A stretch of 36,095 bases of DNA. Origin: an uncultured Gammaproteobacteria bacterium (GTDB taxonomy: Bacteria > Pseudomonadota > Gammaproteobacteria > SZUA-140). The stretch is taken from assembly GCA_964650235.1 (NCBI GenBank), contig CAZYTT010000004.1, positions 1 through 36,095 on the forward strand, in the 5' to 3' direction. Below are positions 24,330 through 33,451 of this stretch, piece after piece (the first letter of the stretch is position 1; every line of letters begins with the position of its first letter). The notes below the pieces were generated by a model. It saw only the letters and a program-made list of their open reading frames with translations. It did not search any database and had not been told where the DNA came from. Position numbers and translations under genes: made by a program.

Positions 24330-25460
24330 TTATCTGGTACCATTTTCCTGCGCTTCAATAGGTGGCAGCTCAATGGGTGTAAACAAACGTATGGGTGGTG
24401 GTATTATTATAAGATCCTTAGCGCTGCCTTTTGGTTGTAATTCCAGTCCATTTGATGTTGATGGGCTAATATTAAACAATTCATCTGAGGTTATAGGCGC
24501 ATTTTCCTGAATAATAACGGGCGATTCATCTACTGGCGGTGAAACGGTCTGATCCCTGGTCTGATCTATAAGACCAATACCATTAATCTGGTCATTGGTT
24601 GGTAATTCTTCCTGACTGGCATCCTTATTTTTCCGGGCAGTTTTCGTGACATTATTATTTGCCATCACAACTATGACTACTCGACGATTTTCTTCTTTTC
24701 CTTCAGCAGTCGAATTGTCAGCAACGGGCCGTGTATCTCCATACCCAACTATTGAGAGACGCTCAGAGAGGATGCTCGACAACTCGAACAGTCGGGCAAT
24801 ACTTGCTGCACGGGCAGAGGATAACTCCCAGTTTGAAGGAAATAATTCAGTCGAAATTTTATCGCTATCGGTATAACCCTCTACTTTAATTGCGTTAGGG
24901 AATTTATACAAAATAGACGACAGTTCCTTTAAAATAGGTATAACCTTTTCTCTTAACTTTGCACTTCCACTACGAAAGAGAATGCTGTCCTTAATCTCGA
25001 TTTCAAGCCAGAGGTCATTCTTCCTGATATTGATCACACCAACATCAATTAATTCTGACATAGCGGCAATAACACCTTTTTCTATTTCACCAATTGCGGA
25101 GTCATTATCAGGTGAAGTATAGATATCCTCGCTATCTTTCGGGCGCCTGGCTCCATCCTGATTAACATAATCCAGGCCTTTACGTTCAATAATTAGTACA
25201 TTTGGGCTACTTTTATACTGCATATCAGATAACACAGGAGATTTTGATACCTTGCCAACCTGAATTGGATCTAGAGATTTTGGTGAAGAACGAAAAGCGG
25301 ACATTAATGAATCCGATAAAACACGATATTTACCCTCATTAACAGATGATACTGAATACATGACAACAAAAAATGCAAACAATAATGTAATAAAGTCAGC
25401 ATATGACACCAACCAGCGTTCGTGATTTTCGTGCTCTTCATGCTTTTTCTTGCGGGCCAT
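24330..25460 (-). CDS. motD: Flagellar stator protein MotB family (MotD-like) with a long C-terminal extension
   Basis: 376 aa. It has WLVSYADFITLLFAFFVVMY (TM helix with the conserved stator Asp) and an OmpA-like peptidoglycan-binding domain (VEGYTDS...SNWELSSARAASI...NRRVVIVV). About 109 aa of Pro/Ser/Ile-rich tail follow. Confidence 0.85.
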   Translation of the reverse strand: MARKKKHEEHENHERWLVSYADFITLLFAFFVVMYSVSSVNEGKYRVLSDSLMSAFRSSPKSLDPIQVGKVSKSPVLSDMQYKSSPNVLIIERKGLDYVNQDGARRPKDSEDIYTSPDNDSAIGEIEKGVIAAMSELIDVGVINIRKNDLWLEIEIKDSILFRSGSAKLREKVIPILKELSSILYKFPNAIKVEGYTDSDKISTELFPSNWELSSARAASIARLFELSSILSERLSIVGYGDTRPVADNSTAEGKEENRRVVIVVMANNNVTKTARKNKDASQEELPTNDQINGIGLIDQTRDQTVSPPVDESPVIIQENAPITSDELFNISPSTSNGLELQPKGSAKDLIIIPPPIRLFTPIELPPIEAQENGTR

Positions 25461-26200
25461 TAATTAATATAACCTTCAAGCTTGGTTTCAATATTTCTGG
25501 GATTTTCTCCCTCGGCAATAGAAATAATGCCCTCTATGATCATCTCTCTAAAGGTAGTCTGATCATGAACCACACCCTTTATTTTAGTAGCCATAGGTAA
25601 AAAGAATAGATTAGCTAAGCCAACTCCGTAAATAGTTGCAACGAATGCAACAGCAATACCTGATCCGAGTTTACTGGGGTCTGCTAGGTTATTCATAACA
25701 TGAATTAACCCCATAACCGCACCAATAATACCAATAGTAGGCGAATACCCGCCCATACCCTCAAATACCTTTGCAGACTGAGTATCAAGATACTCCCTAG
25801 ACTCCAGTTCTACCTCAAGAATACCGCGAATTATTTCTGGCTCACTGCCATCAACTAAAAGGGTTAACCCCTTTCGAGCGAAAAATTCTGGTTCTGTCTC
25901 TGTTAACTCTTCCAGTCCCAAAAGCCCTTCCTTCCGAGCAACATTACTCCAGTCGACTATCTTGGCAATTGTCTCTGCGTGATTTATTTTTGGTGGGAAT
26001 AACACCCACATGGCAGTCTTAAGTGATCGTATAAAAACCTTCATAGGTACCTGAATTAAAATGGCACCGACGGTACCGCCAGCAACAATAAGAAAAGCGG
26101 TCGCTTGCATCAGGGAATCAAGGTGACCACCTTCAAGGTAGTTACCACCCAGGATCGCTACAAATGCTAGAATGGTCCCGGCTAATGTTAAAATGTCCAT
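25460..26200 (-). CDS. motC: Flagellar stator protein MotA family (MotC-like)
   Basis: 246 aa of the MotA/TolQ/ExbB type with four hydrophobic helices (GGYSPTIGIIGAVMGLI, GSGIAVAFVATIYGVGLANLFFLP). Its stop overlaps the motD start (TAATG). Confidence 0.85.
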   Translation of the reverse strand: MDILTLAGTILAFVAILGGNYLEGGHLDSLMQATAFLIVAGGTVGAILIQVPMKVFIRSLKTAMWVLFPPKINHAETIAKIVDWSNVARKEGLLGLEELTETEPEFFARKGLTLLVDGSEPEIIRGILEVELESREYLDTQSAKVFEGMGGYSPTIGIIGAVMGLIHVMNNLADPSKLGSGIAVAFVATIYGVGLANLFFLPMATKIKGVVHDQTTFREMIIEGIISIAEGENPRNIETKLEGYIN

Positions 26201-26203
26201 CGT

Positions 26204-27256
26204 TTATATACCTGCCAATACATCTACTATCTTAAACAAGGGTAATTCATAGTCAACTAATCCGGATTTTGATAACATCATAGGCATCCCATAGACAACA
26301 GACGTTGATTTATCCTGGGCAATTATAGTAGCTTCCTTATCTTTTATAATGCGTGCGCCATCGGTGCCATCCTTCCCCATCCCCGTTAAAATGACAACTA
26401 ATGATTTCCCATTTACTTTATCAGCTATAGATTCCAGGGTAGTATCTATACATGGTTTATAGGTTTCTTCTAAAGATGCTCGTTTAACAGATATCATTAG
26501 CGAGCTGTTCATATGACTCATAACTGTTAACTGATGCCCTCCAGGTGCTATATAAACAGTACCATCAACAAGGATTTCATTATCCTCTGCTAATTTAACC
26601 CTGACATTAGCTACACTATTTAGCCGTTCAGCAAATGGCCCAGTAAAACTTTCAGGCATATGTTGTATAACAATTAAAGGTCGGCAATAATTAGCAGGTA
26701 GTTTTTCTATAATTTGCTGTATTGCTGGCGGACCGCCAGTCGATGCACCAACAACTATGAGTTTATGTGACAGTAAATTGATACCAATCTCAGAATTGGT
26801 AGAATTAGACGTTTGTTCCAAACCTATATGCTGCGAATCATTTATCTTACTTAGTTTACTTTTTGCCACCTGACGGACTCGATTACATATATCCTTAACT
26901 ACGGCATCATAATTGTTATGAATATCCTTAATATTCTTTGACATATAATCCACGGCACCAGCATCAAGAGCCGTCAACGTTGCTCTTGCTCCTGCAGTAG
27001 AAAATGAGGACAACATTAGGATTGGTATCCTTTTTCTTTTCATTATTTCCTTAACTGCTGTAATACCATCCATATCTGGCATCTCAATATCCATGGTGAT
27101 AACATCAGGTAAATGCTTCTCAGCCAGCTCTACAGCCTCCCTGCCATTACAAGCCTCTGCCACAATTTCTATAGTACGGTCTGCCTGTAATATCTCAGCC
27201 AGCCTTTTTCTAAAAAAGATTGAATCATCAACTATAAGGACACGTATTTTTTTCAT
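26204..27256 (-). CDS. cheB: Chemotaxis response regulator protein-glutamate methylesterase CheB
   Basis: 350 aa. The REC domain has IRVLIVDDS and ITMDIEMPDMDG. The methylesterase domain has GASTGGP, IQHMP and LTGMGKDG. Confidence 0.95.
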   Translation of the reverse strand: MKKIRVLIVDDSIFFRKRLAEILQADRTIEIVAEACNGREAVELAEKHLPDVITMDIEMPDMDGITAVKEIMKRKRIPILMLSSFSTAGARATLTALDAGAVDYMSKNIKDIHNNYDAVVKDICNRVRQVAKSKLSKINDSQHIGLEQTSNSTNSEIGINLLSHKLIVVGASTGGPPAIQQIIEKLPANYCRPLIVIQHMPESFTGPFAERLNSVANVRVKLAEDNEILVDGTVYIAPGGHQLTVMSHMNSSLMISVKRASLEETYKPCIDTTLESIADKVNGKSLVVILTGMGKDGTDGARIIKDKEATIIAQDKSTSVVYGMPMMLSKSGLVDYELPLFKIVDVLAGI

Positions 27257-27258
27257 TT

Positions 27259-29433
27259 CTATAAACCATTTGCATGGTTCTTCATTAATCCAGGAACATC
27301 AAGAATTAATGATATTTTACCGTCACCAGTAATGGTTGCGCCTGATATGCCCTGAGTCCCCTGTAATAAAGCACCTAATGGTTTAATAACTACCTCCTCT
27401 TGACCAAGGAGCGCATCTACAATTAACCCATAATCCTTACCAGCAGAATTAACCACTACAATACGTTTGTCGATTTTATCAGACATCTGTTTACTGGAAA
27501 GCCAAGTATTCAAATGAAATATTGGCAGTGCCTTATTTCTTATAATAAGTACATCTTGTCCATCTACAGTTTTAGCACTCCCTTCATCATAATTAAATAT
27601 CTCAACGACGCTGGCCAGGGGTAACGCATAAACTTGACCACTAATAATAACCATCAGGGTGGGCATAATAGCCAGCGTCAATGGAACTTTTATTTCAATA
27701 CGACTGCCATTTCCTTTCACTGATTTGATATTAATAGAACCATTTAACTGGGATATTTTTGTTTTAACTACATCCATTCCAACACCTCTACCAGAGATAT
27801 CTGAAATATTGTCTTTAGTAGAAAAACCAGGCATCAGAATTAGATTATAACATTCATCATCAGCCATTCTTGAAGCAGTATCAAAATCAATTAAACCCTT
27901 TTCAACCGCTTTGCTTCTAATAATATCGGGGTCAATACCTGCACCATCGTCCTCAATAGATAAAAGTATATACTCTCCTTTCTGTTCTGCAGATAGGGTA
28001 ATAATTCCTTTTGTTGGTTTGCCAGCCTTTTCCCTTACCTCAGGTGACTCAACACCATGGTCGACTGAATTTCTAACAAGATGAATAAGCGGATCAGCAA
28101 GTGCCTCGACTAGATTTTTATCAAGATCTGTTTCCTCACCGATCATAATCAAATCAACATCTTTATTAAGACTACGAGATAGATCCCGTACTACGCGTGG
28201 AAAACGTCCAAATACCTTTTTAATAGGCTGCATCCGGGTCTTCATAACTGCTGTCTGAAGATCAGAGGTGACAAGATCAAGATTACTTACGGCTACTGAC
28301 ATTTCTTCATTAACAAAAGTTGATTCCAGAGTTGACAACCTGTTTCTAACAAGTACTAGTTCGCCTACAAGATTCATAATGTCATCGAGTCGTCCAGTAT
28401 CAACACGAACAGTAGACTCCTGCTGACGACCCTGCTTATCATCTTTTTTAATGGATTTTATTGGTTTTTTAGTAACATTATTCGGGATACGTCCAACTAG
28501 ATCACTTGGTTCTTCTTTTCCAGAACTTATAACATCAGCATTATTTACAGGCGGATTTATTGTCGTTGTTATATCAATATTAACTTTTTCAAAGGATTGA
28601 TCAGAAACATGATCATCATTTACAGAATTTCCTGGATGACTCTCATAAAATGGCACTGATAAACCTTCACCCTTACCTTCTATTTGGGTAGAATAATCGC
28701 CATGCTTTTTCACCTCTCCTGGTACAGCTCCACCATGAATATTATCAAGCAGGGATTCAAATTCATCCTCAGTAATATCATCTGATTCTATATTTAAACA
28801 TTCTTTTTGACTCGCTGCTTCTCCAGTTAATTCAATATTTGTTGCAGTAGGTATCGAACTACCATGCAATGTATCTAACAATTCCTCAAATTCATCATCC
28901 GTAATATCTTCACCTGAGCCAAGAGTTATATCGGCACTATTTTCTACTATATTTGTATCATCATTAGGTAACTCAGTTATTTCTATTTCTTCAACAAGAT
29001 TATTATCGGGTGACGTACTGTCTTTTCCCTGAACCTCTCCATTACTACCATTCAAAAATGATTCCAGGCTTTCTATTAACGCTTGCGGGGCTAAGTCTGG
29101 GTCTTCAGTATTATTAATAGAATTAAACATTCCACGGAGATTGTCATGAACTTCCAAGATCACATCCATCAGGTTACGTTCAATTCTTAGGTCTCCTTGA
29201 CGTAATAAATTAAATACATCTTCTGCTCGGTGACAAAGTATAACTAATGCATCAATTGCTAGAAAACCTGCCCCACCCTTAATCGTATGAAAACCTCGAA
29301 ATATCGCATTTAATAACTCCGCATCATTAGGATTAGATTCAAGCTCGACCAGTTGCTCATCAAGCAACTCCATAATTTCCCCTGCCTCTATCAAAAAATC
29401 CTGCAATATTTCATCATTAAAATCGATTGACAT
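27259..29433 (-). CDS. cheA: Chemotaxis histidine kinase CheA (P1, long acidic linker, P3-P4-P5)
   Basis: 724 aa. It has the Hpt phospho-His segment FRGFHTIKGGAGFL, the N box HLVRNSVDHG, G1 DDGAGID, G2 GRGVGMDVV and a C-terminal CheW-like P5. Residues ~130-335 are acidic low-complexity sequence (see finding). Confidence 0.95.
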   Translation of the reverse strand: MSIDFNDEILQDFLIEAGEIMELLDEQLVELESNPNDAELLNAIFRGFHTIKGGAGFLAIDALVILCHRAEDVFNLLRQGDLRIERNLMDVILEVHDNLRGMFNSINNTEDPDLAPQALIESLESFLNGSNGEVQGKDSTSPDNNLVEEIEITELPNDDTNIVENSADITLGSGEDITDDEFEELLDTLHGSSIPTATNIELTGEAASQKECLNIESDDITEDEFESLLDNIHGGAVPGEVKKHGDYSTQIEGKGEGLSVPFYESHPGNSVNDDHVSDQSFEKVNIDITTTINPPVNNADVISSGKEEPSDLVGRIPNNVTKKPIKSIKKDDKQGRQQESTVRVDTGRLDDIMNLVGELVLVRNRLSTLESTFVNEEMSVAVSNLDLVTSDLQTAVMKTRMQPIKKVFGRFPRVVRDLSRSLNKDVDLIMIGEETDLDKNLVEALADPLIHLVRNSVDHGVESPEVREKAGKPTKGIITLSAEQKGEYILLSIEDDGAGIDPDIIRSKAVEKGLIDFDTASRMADDECYNLILMPGFSTKDNISDISGRGVGMDVVKTKISQLNGSINIKSVKGNGSRIEIKVPLTLAIMPTLMVIISGQVYALPLASVVEIFNYDEGSAKTVDGQDVLIIRNKALPIFHLNTWLSSKQMSDKIDKRIVVVNSAGKDYGLIVDALLGQEEVVIKPLGALLQGTQGISGATITGDGKISLILDVPGLMKNHANGL

Positions 29434-29442
29434 AATTCTTCC

Positions 29443-30174
29443 TTAAAATCCCAGACTAGATAGCAAATCATCTACTTCGTCCTGACTTGACAAACTCTCA
29501 GAAGTAGACACACCAGGAACACAAGGACCTTCCAGGTCATTGCTTTTTTTATTATTTGTCTTTCTACTATCATCACTGGTACACTTAATCACCTGTACCA
29601 GACTATCTTCTACCCCTTGCACCAGATTAATTACCTTCTCAATAATTTGACCTGTTATATCCTGATAACTCTGAGCAACAATAATTTCATTTAAACCATT
29701 TTTAATAAGAATATTATTTTTCTGCATCTCTTCCAAATAGGTAGTAATTCTCTTTGTGAGCAATCTAAATTCTTTTGCATCCATTTCTTTGCCAATGAAT
29801 TTATTCCAGTCCTGCAGGAGTTTCACTGAATCAGTATTAACCCCTTCTACTGTTGGTATAATCGACTCAACTACACTAAGGGTTTTTTCAGTAGCCTCTG
29901 ATGTTTTTTCTATTACATAATTTAGTCTAATTTTTGCATCTCTAATCTCATTTTCATCAAGTTCAGTAAAATTAATTTCTGATTCAAATGCACGCAGTTT
30001 CTCATGTAGTCCACGTGTTAATTTTCCAATTTCATTAAATATTGTTGGCGAATTACTTTCAGTAAGCGCACTTATTAATTCACTTGATTTTTCTTCATTA
30101 TTATCTTCTAGCGAACAAACAAGTTCTCTTGCTAGAGTTAATAACTGTTCCTGATTATTAGGCTGATAAGTCAT
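29443..30174 (-). CDS. cheZ: CheY-P phosphatase CheZ
   Basis: 243 aa with the catalytic segment AQSYQDITGQ and the C-terminal CheY-docking peptide SSQDEVDDLLSSLGF (29446-29484). Confidence 0.9.
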   Translation of the reverse strand: MTYQPNNQEQLLTLARELVCSLEDNNEEKSSELISALTESNSPTIFNEIGKLTRGLHEKLRAFESEINFTELDENEIRDAKIRLNYVIEKTSEATEKTLSVVESIIPTVEGVNTDSVKLLQDWNKFIGKEMDAKEFRLLTKRITTYLEEMQKNNILIKNGLNEIIVAQSYQDITGQIIEKVINLVQGVEDSLVQVIKCTSDDSRKTNNKKSNDLEGPCVPGVSTSESLSSQDEVDDLLSSLGF

Positions 30175-30184
30175 AGAAATCCCT

Positions 30185-30577
30185 TTATTTAGACGCCTCT
30201 ATCCTTTCAAATATTTTTTTAATTTTTTCTTCTAATGTAGCCGCTGTAAATGGCTTAACAATATAACCGTTAACTCCAGCTTCTGCGGCCATAACTATTT
30301 GATCCTTCTTTGATTCGGCTGTTACCAGCAAAACTGGCAATGTAGACATGCTGGGGTCTGCTCTGACTGCTCTTAATAAGTCAATCCCCTGCATCCCTGG
30401 CATATTCCAGTCAGTGACAAGAAAATCATAATCACCATTCTTAAGCATAGGCAACGCAGTTGTACCATCATCTGCCTCGAAGGTATTATTGAAACCCAGG
30501 TCTCTCATCAAATTTTTTATAATTCTTCTCATTGTAGAAAAATCATCTACTATGAGTATTTTCATATCCTTGTTCAA
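30185..30577 (-). CDS. cheY: Chemotaxis response regulator CheY
   Basis: 130 aa: [23 protein letters not shown] (acceptor Asp), VTAE, IVKPF. Confidence 0.95.
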   Translation of the reverse strand: MNKDMKILIVDDFSTMRRIIKNLMRDLGFNNTFEADDGTTALPMLKNGDYDFLVTDWNMPGMQGIDLLRAVRADPSMSTLPVLLVTAESKKDQIVMAAEAGVNGYIVKPFTAATLEEKIKKIFERIEASK

Positions 30578-30592
30578 AATAGGCCTCCTAAA

Positions 30593-31327
30593 CTAATCAT
30601 CATTTATCCAATGCCCTAACCTTGCCTGTAAGCGTATCAATGCCTGACTATGTATCTGACTGACTCGTGATTCACTAACACCAATCACTGCTCCTATTTC
30701 TCTTAAATTTAAATCTTCTTCATAATAAAGGGTCAAAACCATTCTTTCTCTGTCAGGCAAACCTCGTATTTCATTAGCCAGGCTTTTTTTGAAATTTTCT
30801 TTTTGTACACCTTCATAGGGCCCTAACTGATCCATAGATTTTGATGAAATATGATCATCCGTTGCTCCCATTTCCTCAAAACTCAATAGCCGACAACCAC
30901 TCGCATCCTGAAGTGTTTTATGGTATTCGTTAATACTCATATTGAGTTCTTTAGCAACCTCATGATCTCTAGCATCTCTACCAGAACTGTTTTCTATGTT
31001 ACGAACAGCTTCAGCCACCTGCCTTGCCTTTCTATGAACTGACCTAGGAGCCCAGTCACCCTTACGGATCTCATCAAGCATTGCTCCGCGTATTCTTATT
31101 CCGGCATATGTTTCAAAACTAGCGCCTTGCCCGGCATCATAATTTTTATATGCCTCCAATAAACCTATCATGCCTGACTGGATCAAATCATCTACTTGAA
31201 CACATGGCGGAAGTCTACTCATAATATGATAAGCAATCCTTTTTACGAGTGCCGCATACTTGTCAACCATCTCGCTTTTTTCTTTATTCATATTTTTTTC
31301 ACTTTCGTACATTGCTAAATTTGTCAT
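30593..31327 (-). CDS. fliA: Flagellar sigma factor FliA (sigma-28)
   Basis: 244 aa. Region 2 is DDLIQSGMIGLLEAYKNYD...FETYAGIRIRGAMLDEIR. Region 4.2 (helix-turn-helix) is LNLREIGAVIGVSESRVSQIHSQAL. Confidence 0.9.
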   Translation of the reverse strand: MTNLAMYESEKNMNKEKSEMVDKYAALVKRIAYHIMSRLPPCVQVDDLIQSGMIGLLEAYKNYDAGQGASFETYAGIRIRGAMLDEIRKGDWAPRSVHRKARQVAEAVRNIENSSGRDARDHEVAKELNMSINEYHKTLQDASGCRLLSFEEMGATDDHISSKSMDQLGPYEGVQKENFKKSLANEIRGLPDRERMVLTLYYEEDLNLREIGAVIGVSESRVSQIHSQALIRLQARLGHWINDD

Positions 31328-31328
31328 A

Positions 31329-32216
31329 TCACATTGCCATCGTGTTGTTTTTAGTGAGGTACAATCGTTCTAGAAAAAATTCAATATGACCGCTCGGTGT
31401 ATCTGGAATTGGCCACTTACTTGTTTTATCCGCATATTTATTAATCGCCATGGATGAAGGACTCCTTGGGTATGCATTAACAACAGGTTTCTGCTTCTGA
31501 ATTGATTTTTTCAGGTATTCATCGTAGGGCACAGCCCCAACATAATCTAATGCTACATCTAGAAATCTATCAGTTACTTTCAATAATTTATTAAACAGGA
31601 CTCTACCATCGGCATGGGTATTGACCATATTTGCCACTATGCGGAATTTTTTTATGGCATGATTTCTCTCAAGAATTTTTATTAAAGCATAGGCATCTGT
31701 TATTGAGGCTGGCTCATCACAGACTACGACAATGACATCATGAGAGGCCCTACTAAAGGCTATAACATCATTAGCAATACCAGCAGCAGAATCAATGACA
31801 AGAACATCAGGTTGGTAATCCAGAGTATTAAATTCTCTAATTATTCCGGCATATTCCCTGTATCCCAGCGATGTCATTTCTTTTACGCCTGATGCAGCAG
31901 GGATTATTTTTATTCCGGAGGGACCCTCTACCAGGATTTCGTTCATCGTCTTCTCCCCTCTTACTACATGAGAGAGATTATGTCTGGCCTCTATTCCCAT
32001 AACTATATCCATATTGGCCAGGCCTAAATCAGCATCCAGCACCAGCACTTTCTTACCCTTGTTAGCCAGGGCAACTGATAAATTTGCTGCGATGTTTGTT
32101 TTACCTACACCACCTTTACCACCAGTTACAGTAATAACCTGAACTGGCTTATTTTTTGTAATACTTCTCAAGCCAGAAGCCTGATCTATTGCTTTGTTAA
32201 ACGCATGCATTAACAT
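31329..32216 (-). CDS. fleN: Flagellar number regulator FleN/FlhG (MinD-like ATPase)
   Basis: 295 aa: DQASGLR, the deviant Walker A VTGGKGGVGKTNIAANLS, and LVLDADLGLANMD. It overlaps the flhF 3' end by 20 nt (14 nt if ATG 32210 is used). Confidence 0.9.
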   Translation of the reverse strand: MLMHAFNKAIDQASGLRSITKNKPVQVITVTGGKGGVGKTNIAANLSVALANKGKKVLVLDADLGLANMDIVMGIEARHNLSHVVRGEKTMNEILVEGPSGIKIIPAASGVKEMTSLGYREYAGIIREFNTLDYQPDVLVIDSAAGIANDVIAFSRASHDVIVVVCDEPASITDAYALIKILERNHAIKKFRIVANMVNTHADGRVLFNKLLKVTDRFLDVALDYVGAVPYDEYLKKSIQKQKPVVNAYPRSPSSMAINKYADKTSKWPIPDTPSGHIEFFLERLYLTKNNTMAM

Positions 32217-33441
32217 TGGCCTCTCTATAGTTCATTGCCATCTCCAGGTCTGAGGGCAATTGATTGTCTTTTTTACTGAGTGAAATACAGTGTTCAATTA
32301 ACTGGTTTGCATTAGCCATGCTGATATCCTCTGGCACCTGCTGCCCATTAGTTGTAAAGGCAAGTGGTAATTTACATTCAATTAATGAATCAAGGATCTG
32401 TCCAATCATTGGAGATTCGTCAAGTTTTGTCACAATGCAATCTGAAGGGGAGTAACAGTTAAAGCTTTTTATAATATCTCTGGCTGCTTTCGTCTGTGTA
32501 TTAGCTGACATAACCAGGCTTTTTTTAACATTAAAACGTGATTGGTCGAGAATTGCTGCCTGCTCGGTATTATTATTATCGTACTGTCCGAGTCCAGCTG
32601 TATCGATTATGATTAACTCCTTATCATAGTAATCATTCAATATTGAGGATAATTCAGCATTTGATTCTGCTAATTTCACCGGTATATCAATTATTTTTGC
32701 GTAAACCTTTAACTGATCGTAGGCAGCAACGCGATAATTATCAATAGTAACTAGCCCGACTTTCCGTTTTCCATATCTTAAGGCATACGCCGCGGCCAGT
32801 TTTGCTGCCGTGGTTGTCTTTCCTACACCTGTTGGTCCTACAAGCGCGACAATTCCACCGGTATCCAATACAGTTTTCGTACTCACTGGAATTTGACTTG
32901 ATAAGGCCGACAATATTTTTTTCCAGTAAACCTTTTTATCACCCTCCGTTGTCAGGATAGATGTTAGTTCCAAACTTAATTTTTCACTGAAACCCATACT
33001 AACCAGCTTTGTAACAAACTGAGCTTGCATAGGTTTTTTTACATTGAGATTCGACCAGGCAATACTGGCCATTTGCCCTTCTAGCAACTCTTTAATACTT
33101 AATATTTCTGATTTCAAAGAACTGAGTTCGCCTGAACTTATATCATTCGCTAAATTATTTTTTGGTTCCTGCTTAATCTGGCGAGGCTTATATTCAAATT
33201 TATCGATTGCATCGGATTCCTGCTCAGCCATTGCCTCATAATTATTAGCACTCCTTATCTGGGGCCTGACTACATCCGGACTCTGGGTAAATATTGACTC
33301 GTCATAATCAATGGCAGCAATTATCTCAACTCCACCATCTACACGAGTATTAGACATTATTACTGCTTCAGGACCTTGATCGTCCCTCACCATTTGAAGT
33401 GCTGTTTTTACATCTTTAGCGAAATAGCGTTTTATTTTCAT
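32197..33441 (-). CDS. flhF: Flagellar SRP-type GTPase FlhF
   Basis: 414 aa with MKIKRYFAKDVKTALQMVRDDQGPEAVI (B-domain start), G1 LVGPTGVGKTTTAAKLA, G3 IIIDTAG and G4 TKLDE. Confidence 0.9.
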   Translation of the reverse strand: MKIKRYFAKDVKTALQMVRDDQGPEAVIMSNTRVDGGVEIIAAIDYDESIFTQSPDVVRPQIRSANNYEAMAEQESDAIDKFEYKPRQIKQEPKNNLANDISSGELSSLKSEILSIKELLEGQMASIAWSNLNVKKPMQAQFVTKLVSMGFSEKLSLELTSILTTEGDKKVYWKKILSALSSQIPVSTKTVLDTGGIVALVGPTGVGKTTTAAKLAAAYALRYGKRKVGLVTIDNYRVAAYDQLKVYAKIIDIPVKLAESNAELSSILNDYYDKELIIIDTAGLGQYDNNNTEQAAILDQSRFNVKKSLVMSANTQTKAARDIIKSFNCYSPSDCIVTKLDESPMIGQILDSLIECKLPLAFTTNGQQVPEDISMANANQLIEHCISLSKKDNQLPSDLEMAMNYREANVNACV

Positions 33442-33451
33442 TTTTAGTTTC

